Shown: piece after piece, positions 40,701-53,003 of the stretch
Numbering within the stretch: position 1 is the stretch's first letter
How the letters are laid out: each line of letters opens with the position of its first letter
Assembly (NCBI GenBank): GCA_050084515.1
Contig: CM114271.1
Location: 28,954,001-29,018,000, forward strand
Direction: 5' to 3'
Source: Blasia pusilla
Taxonomy: Eukaryota
DNA length: 64,000 nucleotides
Program-made: the position numbers and the translations under genes
Notes under the pieces: model-generated
What the model was told of the DNA's origin: nothing
Database searches by the model: none
Seen by the model: only the letters and a program-made list of their open reading frames with translations

Positions 40701-41777
40701 GTCCTTGTAGTTCCAGCGGCACTGATGGTATGCTGTTGCAAAAAAGGGCGGCATTGCGCTTGTGCCCGTCAAACTAGTGTATTGGCGTATGACGTCCTTG
40801 GGACCAGGACCTATCATGATGAAAACGTCAAATGCGCCACTTTCGGTGATCCAATGCGTATCTATCTTCTTTGGAGAATCCTTGGCTTCCTCACTAAATT
40901 CCGATTTCAAAACGTCGACCGACATCTCAGCAGCGTTCAGCCAGAAAAATCCAGTGGTTCTCTCAACGCTGTGAGCTAGCATGAATGGAATCGAACCATA
41001 CAAGCCAAACGGAGACTCGTGCAGGTACTCGAAGATATCCGAGCTGAACAACCGGTAGGGCTCTGATATGTACTCGGAACCCTTTGTTGGTCGCAGAGAG
41101 AGGCTTGTGGCTCGCTCCGGGATCCCATAGACATGCTCCGCACCGTGGAAGGCGACGTCGAAGCTGATGGATTGCGGACCATTGGGACGACTATCTGTAT
41201 GACTGCGGAAAGTATCATCCCAGTCCTCATCTTCCTTCTTCTCCCGAAATTGCTCATAGTGGAAAAGACCCCGACTGTTCAGGGAAATGAGATTCTCTCT
41301 CCCATCCCTCACATACAACTGGAAAGGCTGATGCAACAACACAACCTCGTGCCCTCCCAGCACCACCATCGAGCCCCCATCCTTCTCGACCACGCGCTGA
41401 ATCCAGAGCTTCTTGTCCTCCAACTCTTTCAGCAGCACATCGGGCACCTCAAACCTCTTCTTCAGGCCCCCGTCCTCCTTCACTTTGATCCGCACAATCC
41501 CACCCCCATACGCAATTATTTGCAAAATCAGCGACCCCTCCTCTCCCTCGATTACCAACCTCGCGCGCACCTTCCCATTCGTCACATTGACCTCGCTCAC
41601 GGCCCAATTCGAGCTCCCAGACGCTCTCTTCCTCGCCTCCTTGCAGAACGACGTCTGATCGCATGTCTTGAACTCCTCCTTCTTCCATCCCTCCGCTCCC
41701 CGAAAACTCGCCGCTCCCAACACAAGCACTAGCACCCCGAGCCAAATCCAATTCCTCTTTCTCCGATCCATCTCCAT
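37796..41777 (-). CDS. RSW3: Glucosidase II alpha subunit (GH31, ER alpha-1,3-glucosidase), 6 exons: 41777-40257, 40074-39801, 39641-39506, 39269-39059, 38660-38454, 38176-37796
   Basis: Signal peptide followed by [36 protein letters not shown]; catalytic WNDMNEP and [27 protein letters not shown] introns in phase. Confidence 0.96.
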
Positions 41778-42995
41778 CGACTCGATCGCTCAACTCGAGC
41801 CTTCCCCACTCGGGCCTCAATCCCCACTCTCTCGTAACCATTGCACCTTCGCCTCCCCGCGCTGAGCGTGAGTCGCCCAGCGGGCGTCGCACGTCTTGGG
41901 ACCGGCCTTCTCCCGTCGTCTACCCGTCCGTCCCGTCGACGGACCTCCGTTCGCGTGCTAACGGAAAGAATAGAGTGGCTTTTCCATGCCCAGGAAGCGG
42001 GACCCCTTTGTTGTGGACACGTCATTCTTGGATGTGTTTTTTTATATGTTTCTTTGTATTTATGGTCCTACATGTATTTTGGTTTTTTCATTTCGGTTGG
42101 GAAGGTTATTTTGTACATGGATGAAAATTTTGGGTCTTCTCTATTGTGGATTTTGTAATCTAATTCGTGTGATTAGGTTTGTGTCGTATCCTCATATACA
42201 AACGTATAAATGTCCTCCCTCGTATTCTATGGTTCCACAATTTACCTTTCCTCGTATTCTTGATATATATAATTAGTGGTTTGTATTTCCGTGGTATCCT
42301 CTATCCTCTCATGTGAGGCAACTTTTTCTTGTCCCTAAAACTTCTCTTCCCTCTCTCGGTCGTAAACTAATGTATTTGATATACAAACTGAAGTGGTGGT
42401 TTGTACGAACTACAAATGTGTCTCTCTCCAACCCTTACCAAAGGGGTTTTTTTAAGGTTGGATTTTGGGATTTCTTAGTTTATGTTCCGTTTTATTAGGT
42501 GGGGTTTGGGAGTTAAAATGTTTATTTCCTACATGTTTCCCCTATTAGTATGCTTCGTTGGGTAGGTTATTTTGGTTTGTGTGATTTTTGCCTAAGGTGG
42601 ATTCTGTGTAATAAGATATTAATGATATTCGTGTGACTTTAATAACAACCCTTAATATTTTACACATAAAGCCACCTTGGAGCCTCTACCAATTCCGTCC
42701 CAAAACTTTTGATCCGTCCAATTCTCTCATCGTGCATTCTTTCATGGTGGTGGTATGTATATCTCGTGTACAAACTAGTGGTGGCTTTTATATCGATATG
42801 TGAACTTCAAGATTTTTCCTTTAAGCATTTTCTCTCTCACCCCTCTCAAAGGGTCGCTTCATCTATCTATATAATTAAACTAGGATGGGATTAAAGAAAA
42901 CCTAAGCGTTCTTCTAATATTGACACGTGTTAGTTTAAGAGAGAGTTAAGATAGGAGGAGACAATTAAATGAGAAAGAGAAAAGAGGACCGAAAG

Positions 42996-43509
42996 TGTCA
43001 CTTCTTTTAGAATAGATCGGCGAGATCTAGTAGAGAGCCTTCGGAGATACTGGAGGGCAGCCTCAGGAGGTTGAGGATGACCTGTTGAGGCCACGGGTAA
43101 TCTGAAAGAGAGCAGATTTCCCCTTCGTTTCAGCTCATTTGGAGCCATATAGAGAAACTTACTATTTTGGGTAAGTTTCCATTTAGAGTATCATTGACTT
43201 TCAACTTTGGGAAGTGGCCCTTGACCCGTTACAACAGGTCAATAGCCAAAGAGATGACCTACGAGCATAGGTTACCGAGGAGAGAGCTTGGGAGAGGGAA
43301 GGGGGTATACCTCCAAGAGAGAGAGTTTGAGAGCTCATTATCTCTTTGTTGAACCTCTAGGCATGAGGCGGCGGAGCTATGGTCCTCCTTGCCTTGTGTG
43401 TATAACCCAAGCCTCTCAGGAGAGTGGGTTTGGTTTGACATGAGAAAGAGTGCACACCTTTGAGAGTTATGGTGTGAGATGGTGTAGAGAGAGATTGGAT
43501 CTTACTTTA
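42996..43509 (+). repeat. Terminal repeat A1
   Basis: Direct repeat of 52505-53003 and 56664-57150; similarity to A2 stops at GGATCTTACTTTA. Confidence 0.88.
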
Positions 43510-45058
43510 CAAAGAGAGAATGAGAGAATGAGAGAGCTTCATGGGGGAGCTCGCTGGTCACTCGCTATTTTTGCAGGTTGGGGACCATGTTCCCCATTTA
43601 GCGGCTCATGGGAGTGCTCACCGGAGCAAGGGTTTCTTTGATTGTTCTTTGCATTTGCCAATTTTTCGTATGGAAGAGTGGCGCGCGGAAGCGCTACCCA
43701 ATTTTTTTATAGGGATTGAGTATGGGGGCGGGTTGCCCCATGCTGGTGCTCTTGGAAACACCATGTAGCTTGCTGATTTGTATTTTTATAGGTTTTACAT
43801 TTTGGTTGGGAGAAATCAACACGGAAGCGCTGCCAAATTTAATATAAGAGAAAGAGACATTGGGCTTTACAGCAGTCCCTGTTTGTTTTTACTGGAATGT
43901 CCGATTCTAAATATTCTTTGACGCTGTTGTAGATCGTGAAGCTTTGCACATTGTGCAATAAAAAATGTGTAATTTGGAGTTGGGAGCAAAAAGTTATGGT
44001 CAATCTTGCAAAACTCCCATCGCTAGGCGATTTTTAGGGTTAAATTGATCAAACCCTAAACCAGTCGTCGCTCTCATAATCACCGTCAACAGTCCACCAT
44101 CTTTGGTCAACCTTCACCATCAACGGTCAACCGTCACTGTCAATGGTCCACCGTCCTTTGTCCACCCTTTGGTCGCCATTGCCGCCATTACGGAGTGGAG
44201 GGTCTTCCACAACGTTCGTTGATTCTCTAACTTGCGTCGCCACCACGTACTTTGTTTTGGCCACCACCGTCATCGCAATTTCGTCATCAACCACTGATGG
44301 TAGATGACCTCCAGTTATGGTGTTTGAGTTTTGATTTCATGCTGCTATGTTGTGATCGGTAGCCGCTCGATGACAATCGAGTACCGTGCCGTGACGCCCG
44401 TAGTTGCAACGCGCCGCCGATTGCTGCGTCGTGCCGCTCGTGGCCGCGCCACACCGTCTAGATCGCGGAACCGCTCCTTCACTAAGGAGCACAGCGTGTG
44501 AATTTCTGATTGAGGAGGATATACCGCCGAGTGCCGCATCCCATTCCCGAGTGTCGTGCTGTTTGTAGCCGTTCCGTGCCGCTAGTGTCGCACCGGACCG
44601 CTCGACCCGCACCGCACATCGAGGAGGTTGAGCAACGTCAGTACGAGAGGAGTACAACTTGCTGATTGGAGGAGTTGTCTTCACGACTGAGTGGGGGTTG
44701 AGATTTGCAGTTGTTGAGGAGCGACATCGACATGTGTTCAGGTTACCCATTCTGGTCCTTTACCCTGCACGTGTGAGGGATTCTGGGATTTGGGTAATTT
44801 ATTTGGCGATATTGGGTTGTGTGGATGCTGAGAGCATCATTCATGTCTATGGTTTAGGGGACATAGACCTGTGTGGCATGTCTGGAGTTGAGGGTAGGTT
44901 GTCGATGAGATGATAGCGTGGTCAATTTGCCGCACCAGGCCGTGTGTTGCCGCACGTTACACGTCTAAGGGAGGGAGAGTGTAGATCGAGTGTCGCATGT
45001 TTGGGATGAGTGATTGAGGGGTTAATCATGAGGTTGAGAGTGATCCGGTGGAAGGGGC

Positions 45059-46600
45059 ATGAGGGTCATCACGGGGTCCGTTTGGGACTTTGAGAGGTGA
45101 GGTGGTAAACCCGAGAGTAGCTCTAGAAGTTTTACGTAGAGTGGCACGAGGTTCCGAGGGTCTCCACGTGAGGGACCACCTCAGCCTCCTTCTGTGTCAT
45201 CGTCATACAAGGGGGAGGGTGTAGAGGAGTTTGTGAGCACATTGCCACATATTGTGAGTGGTCCTACCAGTTGGGCGTACGAGATGGACGACCGAGGTAG
45301 AGGACCGCGTAGGTTTTCACGTGCAGTAGGCACGATTGAGTTGCACGATCTCATAGCAAAGTTTAGGAGTTGGTGCGACTCTCAATGGGCCATGAACTCT
45401 AGAGAGTTCAACCTATTTACAGCATGGAACGGTATGTTCCAGCATTTAGAGGGGGCGCCCATGAACGATTACCATGAGTTCTCCCACAGATATACCCACG
45501 AGATTGAGCCATGGCGACTCTACTATGACCCACACTATGTGTCATGGACGGAGCCGTTCCCAGATGAGGAGGAGGATTCAAGAGAGGCTACTTCCTCTTC
45601 CACTAGTATTGTTTTAGGAGGGTCACTCGCAATGGAGCAGTTGCACCATCTAGTCGAGTTCGTCCCAGGTTCAACCCCGTGGTTGAGTTCTTCGTTGAGT
45701 TGAGGGCCTAGCTAGCAAGGGGTACGGATGAAGAAGTTGCGGAGCATCCATGACTTCTAGAGGCGCCCGGGTGAGAGTTTATGTGAGGCTTATACGCGCT
45801 TGTGTCGGTTGATCAATGTCACTCAGGGGCTGACGGAGGCTCAGGCTATCCAATCATGGTGCGCGATGTTGGACCGGACCTTGCGAACATGGGTGCGGGA
45901 GGGGATGCTTCTTATGAACACCTCCCCTACGTTGAGAGATGTTTTTAGGACCGCTGAGAACCTTGAGCGCAACATGGCGGAGGAGAGCGTAGCCACCATG
46001 GGTTCTAGGCCAGAGCAGTCACGATTGGTTGCACCACTTGTACAGCAACGTGGACTCCAAGATAGGTCGACTGCGGCACCACGAGCTCAGGGAGGATATC
46101 GGGAGGCCGTGCCACAAAGACCTGCGCCTTCATATGCGGCTCAGCAGCAGCCGCCTTCTATTACTTGTTGGTCATGTGGTGGAGCCCATCATCAGCGCGA
46201 TTGCACTCGTCAAGGTCATGGACGTGTGCCTCAGCATGGAGGAGGAGATGGTGCTCCACAAGGAGGTTATCAGTATGACTATTGTCACAGGTATGGTCAT
46301 ACACGCGCCACGTGTTTCAGTTTACATCCTGAGTAATGTCCGGACCGATGGCTAAAGAGGGCACCAGAGCGAGTAGCCGGTCCGAGTGGGCCTAGAGATC
46401 CTGCACCAAGTGGTTCCGTTGGGGGACGAGGAGCTGGAGTTGCCCGACATGGTGGTGGAGCTGCCCGTGGAGGAAGTAGAGTACCACCACCTAGATGCAC
46501 TGAGGGAGACGTCGGACGGGAGGCTGGGATGGCTGCTCAGATACACCAGCTACAGGTGTAGATTGCAGATTAGGCATTGAGGTTACCCGATGCCGGATCC
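45059..46600 (+). pseudogene. Gag with two zinc knuckles (copy 2)
   Basis: ORFs 45194-45703 and 45800-46336 are in the same frame; knuckles CWSCGGAHHQRDC and (Y/C)DYCHRYGHTRATC. Start position approximate. Confidence 0.8.
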
Positions 46601-47199
46601 GTGGCATCAACATCATATGGAGCAGCCAGAGATATGGAGGATCCTGGTTGGATGTACGCGGTTGCCCAGATGGAGGCCGCCGTAGTTGTGACGCGTGGAG
46701 CAGCCGTTGAGTTGGATCCACAGCGAGGGGAAGCTAGAAAACATACTATGCTTCCTCAGTCTTTCACGTTGTCCGAAGTGATGAGGACCCCATCAATGGG
46801 TCCTCATCAAAGTTCCTTGAGAGTTGGTGATGTTGTTGGTGTGCAGGCACGGAGGGCGATGGCAGAAGTGAGTGCAACAACACCTATTGCTGATGCTCAG
46901 GAGGGGCATGTGTCGAGCACATTGTTGGGAGCAGCCACCGTTGTGTACCGCACTCCTTTATTTTCTGCTTTTGATGTTATGACGTTGGGGGGTACGCCCG
47001 CCGAGGCTTTTCGGCTGGCCGCTTAACTATGTGAGCGCGGAGCTGGAGTTCCTGCATCACGTTCAGAGGTGATTGCAGAAGACGTGATGGACTTGCCCTT
47101 GGAGCGGATGCTCGGGCCGTCCACGTCAGATTCATGGCAAGCAGCGGTTGCTAGGATGGCGGAGATGCCCGCTAGACCCGCGATAGAGCGTGCCATGGC

Positions 47200-47580
47200 T
47201 TCTCCTAGTGTTGTGTTGCTGGATAACCGAGGAGATGTTTTCCAGTTGGTGAGTCCCGGAGGTAGAGCTTTTAGTCCGCAGCACGTCTTGTTGGATTCAG
47301 GATCGCAACCCTTGATGTTGGGGAAAGCGTCATTCAGAGGATTGGGCTTGACGAGAGCCGATGTGGAGCGTTGTCCATTCCGGATACAGACATCCTTGGG
47401 TGGAGCGAGTACCACATAGTATATCACCCGACAGGAGGTCGTGGTGAGGATTCGCCCGAGACATCCTACACATGAGTCCGTGGCGCAAGCCAAGGCGATA
47501 GTGACTAATGCAGAGTCCTACGACGTCTTGGTTGGTGGAGCAGTGTTATACCCGATGGGGTTTTCCCTGGATTACTGAGA
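47200..47580 (+). pseudogene. Retroviral-type aspartic protease (copy 2)
   Basis: VLLDSGSQ active site (~47285-47310) and downstream YDVLVG motif, in the same frame as gag. Confidence 0.8.
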
Positions 47581-47988
47581 GGAGTCAGGGTCATACAGAC
47601 CACGATGGCAGTCAGGTGATGGGCGCCTTAGCCCATTATCCGTTCGATTCACAAGTACAGTGATCGAGCGACGGTCAGGAGAGGTAGCGACCTTAGCAAC
47701 ATTTAGTAGTGCCATCACTTGGCCTAGTGATTTGATTGAGGGACATGTCCATGCAGAGGATACTCCCGTTCCTGACATTTCTATGGAGAGGAGTGTTATG
47801 GTAGCCGCATCATTCCGTGGAGGAGCTCGACTAAGGAGCTTCGAAGATTGGCAGATGAGCACGTGTAGACCACGTGGAGCGAGGCGTTTGCACCGGAGCG
47901 TGACGGGTCTGAGGAACCCAAGGTAGCAGGGAATGCTACAATGACACCCTTGGATACCACACCCATTGTGTGGTGTATCCCGGAGGAG

Positions 47989-48930
47989 GGTATTCGAGTG
48001 TTAGATCTCTTTGGAGGGATTAGCACCGGGTTAGCTGTTGTTTTGCAGGCATGAGTGCGAGTGCAGCAGTACCTGTATGTGGAGAGTGATGATGTTGCAA
48101 GGCGCGTCTCACTACGACATATGGCGCAGTTACGCCTACGTTTTCCGACTTATTGTCTGCGTCCGCGGTATAGGGGTACCAGAGTTCCCTATTGACAAAT
48201 ATTTCATTGTTGGGGGCGTAGGACTTAGAGCGGGTAGGGACCATCGATTTGGTCATTGTCGGGTGGCCATGTCAAGGCCAATTAGGTGCTAGACAAGACA
48301 GCGGGTTGGCGGACACTCGGTCTAGGTTATTTTGGGAGATGTTGAGGGTCTTACGGCAGTTGCAGGAGCACCAATCTCGTTCTCCTCCCTACATTCTGGA
48401 GAATATGCCGATCTTAGGAGACTCCAGGTCACGGGTGGTGACAAGTGCTCATCAGGTGTGTGCCTGGATCCGCCCAGAAGTGTTCTTGGATGCGGCGAGT
48501 GTAGGTTCTAGAGCCCATCGCCCGCGTCTATGGTGGACCAACTTGGTGCCCCATGCGGTGTTACAAAGGGCGTATGCGAGAGTGGAGCGCCCCTCCCATT
48601 TGTTAGTGGATTCCATTCTGGATCCAGGTCGTCGATCATAGGTAGTGAGGTACGATGATCGACCACCGTTGAATGTGGTCAATAGGGTAGGCAGGCCGCG
48701 GGCAGCCTTGCCCACGTTTGTGAGTTTTCTCGCTTCCTATGCATACAAGGAGGTCGGTCCTGGCTTGGTTTGGGATGACTAGGTTCAGCGGTTGGTGGAG
48801 CCCAACGCCGACGAGAGAGAGCGAGCAATGGGATTTCCCACAAGAGTGACGACAGTACCGTCAGTGTCTGAGGCAACACGATGCCATGTCTTGGGTCACG
48901 CGATGGACCTGAACTGCTTGACATGGATCC
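47989..48930 (+). pseudogene. DNMT3-like C5 cytosine methyltransferase domain (copy 2)
   Basis: Motifs I GIRVLDLFGGISTG, II YLYVE, IV DLVIVGWPCQG (catalytic PC intact), VI YILENM, VII FLDAASVG, VIII RAHRPRLWWTNL, IX ERERAMGFP, X RCHVLGH. Contains stops and frameshifts. Confidence 0.93.
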
Positions 48931-49253
48931 TCAACTTGGGAGTGGCTGAGCAGCGTCGGATGAGATTGCGACATATCACAGCGGTTGCGTGGGTGAGCCC
49001 CATGCCTACCAAGACGATGGAGGCAGTGGCTGGGGGCGAGACCCAAGGAGATGTACACACCAAGGGAGATCGAGAGAGACACCCTTGGACTTCTTGGGAT
49101 GTTTTGCAGGTATGCCAGGAGATGATAGCCACATCATCGAGCGTTGTTCAGGACATTGCATGTAGAGGAGATCAGAGTTTGCAATTGGTTGCACGAGAGC
49201 GGCCGAGTGTTGTTGTTCGAGACAGGGTTGCACCATAGCAACCACCGATACCC

Positions 49254-50640
49254 ATGCCGGAGAGTCCTACCGTAGTCACGACGGAGATTTGGAAGCCAGA
49301 TATGGGCCCTAAGTTGACAGGAGGAGAGCGGCGTCGCATAACTCAGTTCCTCAAGAGTTATAGGAGTTGCTTTGCGTTTAGCATGGAGGATTTGGGTACG
49401 TTGAAGGGACGGGGGATCCGCATTGAGTTGTCCAATGATACGCCGATCTTCCGATGACCCTAGAGGTACAATGATATGGAGAGGGCTCTGATTCAGAGTA
49501 GGAGCCAGGACTTGGTCGGAGCAAGACTAGTAGAAATGTCGCATGGGGAGTATGCATCTGCCACTATCATGCCCGCCAAGGAGGATGTGCATGGCAATTG
49601 GATGGATAGGCGGATGTGTGGGGATTACCGACCTATCAATCGACAGACAAAGTCCGAAAGGTATGCCATGCACACCCCCGAGGAGATCTTTGATGCGATT
49701 GATCACGCAAAGGTCTTCAGTTCATTGGATTTGTGAGCCGGATACCATCAACTGCCTATCAGATTGGAGGACAGGCAAAAGATGGCATTTTGGGGCATCG
49801 ATCCCCACGGGAAGGATTGTTTGTACTAGTGGCGGTTCATGCCATTTGGGTTAAAGAACGCCCCGGCTGAGTTTCAAAGGGTCATGGATAGGATCTTGGC
49901 TGGTCTGGATTTTGCTAGGTGTTATATTGATGACATCATAGTCTTTAGCGCCACGGTTGAGGAGCATGAGCGACATCTAGAGGAGGTGTTTCGACGATTG
50001 CAATTACATGGGTTGAAGCTACATCCAGGAAAATGCAAGTTCTTCTACGACCAGATTGAGTACTTGGGTCATACGATATACCTTGGGGGCCTTGGTGTTC
50101 AGCAGACAAAGGTAGAAGCTATCTCACGCATTCCACGCCCTACAGATTTGAGCCGTGTTCGCGCATTCATGGGATTGGCGAACTTCTATCGGCGGTACGT
50201 CAAGGGATTCAGTTTGATTGCAAAGCCCCTGACCTTGCTGACAAAGGTGGATCATGAGTGGCACTGGGGGGATGAGGAAGAGCGAGCATTTCAGTTGCTC
50301 AAGGACAGGGTGACGTCCGCGCCCATCTTGAGGAGACTGATGAGGGGGTATCCTTTCTAGTTGCACACAGATTGGAGCATGTTGGGGCTTGGAGCGGTGC
50401 TCACCCAGCATGATGATGAGGGTAGAGAGTTTGTGGTGGCTTACGCTAGCCCCTAGAACAATGCTGCAGAGGCGAAGTACACCTCGTATGAGGGTGAGTG
50501 TTTGGCTGTAGTGTAGGCTATCGCGTATCTCATGTGTTACTTATTCGGAAACCCCTTTACCATCATCACTGATCATCAACCACTTAAGTGGTTGATGGAT
50601 TCCGACAAGCTTACAAGGAAGCTTGCGAGATGGGCTCTGT
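49254..50640 (+). pseudogene. Reverse transcriptase and RNase H (Gypsy-type, copy 2)
   Basis: RMCGDYRPIN, DL*AGYHQ, MPFGLKNAPAEFQ, CYIDDIIVFS, YLGH, LHTDWS, ITDHQPL; same frame as the methyltransferase C-terminus. Confidence 0.95.
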
Positions 50641-50899
50641 TTAGGCTATGGAGAGCCAGAGTATGGAGACTTCGATGGCGAGGTCTAGTGGAGAGTCCTT
50701 GGATCCCGAGGCCAGTGAGGAGACGAAAGGTGGCTGAGATATTCATGATGATGGAGTAGTCTTGGAGTACCTTTGGACTAGCAACGTTGCGAGCACCGTG
50801 GGTGCTAGAGAGCGGGATCGGATCCTACAGCGGGCCAGACGATTCCGTTGGGAGGGGACACGTGTTTTGAGGGTTTGGGAGGATGGCAGAGTACGCGTA

Positions 50900-52040
50900 G
50901 TGCCGCATCCTTTGTAGAGAGCACGACTAGTGCAGCATGCCCACGAGGAGTTGGGTCACTTTGGGGTGAAGCGGACGTACAGCTTGCTCCAGATTCAGTA
51001 TTGGTGGCGAGGCATGTAGTAACTATCCGCAAGTTTCAGCAGTTTGTTACTAGGTGCATAGTGTATGATCAAGTCCGAGCATCATTCAATGCTCCAACTC
51101 CACAGTTGCATCCATTATCGATCATGAGCTTAGGGTATAGATGGAGTTTGGATTTTGCAGGACCTTTGCCTTTGACGGAGCGTCACAGTCGTTATGTGTT
51201 GGTGATGGTCTGGCACTTCTCGAAGTGGATCGAGTTGGTTGCATTGCCTGACAAAGCGAGTGAGGAAGTAGCTTATGCCTTCCTTGACAGATTGCTGAGT
51301 CATTATGGCACACCATCTGAGGTGTTGACAGACCAGGGTACCGAGTTTGGCGGTGAGTTCCAGGCCGTGTGTGATCAGGCGCTGATTGACCACCGCACAA
51401 CTTCGCGAGATGATCCTAAGGCGGATGGATTAGCGGAGAGAGTTGTGCAAATGATGAAGAGGGGTTTACACAAGTATGGCTTGCAAAGAGATCACCTAGG
51501 AGATTGGGACCTCCAATTGCCGTGGTTGGCGATGGGATACAGATTCAGCATGCAGGCATCCTTAGCGTGTTTTTCACCGTACTTGCTACTTTATGGCCGA
51601 GAGCGAGATTTACCTGCGGCCATTCGTCGAGATGTTGGTGAGGTGCTGGACCTTGATGACCTAGATATATGGATGCGAGCATGTTCTCAGAGGGCTGAGT
51701 TATTTCGGAGAGTGATGCCCATGGCGTTCGAGAACTTGGCAATTGCGCAGCACCGGGATACGTTGCGGTATGCGACTATTCGGGGTGGTGGTTATCGATC
51801 AACTATCCAGAGGTTTGATCAGGGAGACTATGTCTACTTGCAGCTGATGGCACTGACGACGTTGGATGTGACTACAGGGTGCACTATCCTGAGAGTGCGT
51901 GACGTTTTGCCATCCGGTGTTCTCTTGCTGGAGGGACACGATGGTATGGTATGGAAGGACCACGTGCGTAATTGTGCGCCATGTCACGTTCCTAACATTG
52001 ATGGTACATTAGATCCGAGCTCAGCACTAGTTCTTGTAGG
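50900..52040 (+). pseudogene. DDE integrase (copy 2)
   Basis: HEELGHFG zinc-binding region; core WSLDFAGP, LTDQGTEF, DGLAER. Confidence 0.93.
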
Positions 52041-52047
52041 CTTGCGT

Positions 52048-52188
52048 TGTATGTTGTGCAATTTTGCTCGTGGTGCGGCCACGATACTAGTCTGTAATAG
52101 ATGTTCGAGGGGTTGGCATATGGCTTGTTTGATGCCACCTCTCACTAGGGTTCCTCGGGGATGATGGATGTTTCCCAGATGTACATAG
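52048..52188 (+). pseudogene. C-terminal PHD finger on integrase (copy 2, degenerate)
   Basis: CMLC...VCNRC...WHMAC...LTRVPRG*WMFPRC. Confidence 0.85.
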
Positions 52189-52374
52189 AGGAGATACTAG
52201 GTAGGTTTTGATTCCGACTTTTTCTGTGATATGGATGACAGGAAGGCGACTAACGATGGGGCCATATGAGCACCCGGCCTTCTTGCTCTTAGCGTCCTCG
52301 AGATGTATGTCGTGGTAGGTAGGGATAGATGGCTATCTGGAGTTAGAGGGACTTAACCACCAGCTAGGGGGGCG

Positions 52375-52502
52375 ATTGGAGATATTTTGGTACTTCTCGC
52401 CTCTATGTATGGATGCCATGAGTTAGCATGGGATTGTGTGTGTTTGTGTGTGTGTTTGATGACAACAATGTATGTTGTGTAGCGATGTGTATGCGCACGA
52501 TA
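52375..52502 (+). repeat. Terminal repeat B1 (128 bp)
   Basis: Near-identical direct repeat of 53003-53130; preceded by the purine run AGGGGGG. Confidence 0.9.
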
Positions 52503-52504
52503 GT

Positions 52505-53003
52505 TGTCATGACAGTTAGGATAGATCGGTGGGATCTAGCAAAGCATTTGCACGAGTAGTGGGCCCACGAGGTTGAGGATGACCAGTTGAAGCCTCAGGA
52601 AACCTGAGAGTGTAGGTTTCCCCTTCGTTTCGGCTCATTTGGAGCCATATAGAGAAACTTACTATTTTGGTAAGTTTCCATATTGGGGATAGTTGACTTT
52701 CTACTTTGGGAAGTGGCCCTTGACCCACTACAACAGATCAAGAGCCAAGGAGGTGACCTACGACCATAGGTTGAGAGGGTTTGGAAGAGGGAAGGGAGTA
52801 TACCTCCAAGAGAGAGAGCTTGAGAGCTCATTCTCTCTATATTGAACCTCTTGGCATAAGGCGGCGGAGCTATGGTCCCTTGCCTTGTAAGTGTAACCCA
52901 AGCCTCTTATTAGGAGAGTGGGTTTTGTTTGACATGAGAGAGGGTGCACACCTTTGAGAGCTATGGTGTGAGATGGTATAGAGAAAGATTGGATCTTACT
53001 TTA
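52505..53003 (+). repeat. Terminal repeat A2
   Basis: Starts TGTCA 2 bp after the end of B1; direct repeat of A1. Confidence 0.88.

Noticed and set aside
40434-41892. Long antisense and alternate-frame ORFs over GH31 exon 1
   Set aside because: Shadow ORFs of a GC-rich coding exon with no recognisable motifs.
43679-43695. TGGCGCGCGG as a PBS for the DNMT element
   Set aside because: It is about 170 bp from the end of repeat A, is not preceded by a terminal CA, and I cannot assign a tRNA match.
46386-46580. Acidic ORF (DEELELPD...) recurring in three copies
   Set aside because: An alternate frame of the Gly/Arg-rich gag linker, conserved only because the DNA is repeated.
47989-48930. Host DNMT3 or DRM gene
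   Set aside because: It has no introns, sits in frame inside a retroelement pol, is repeated in several copies, and its motif order is not permuted as in DRM.
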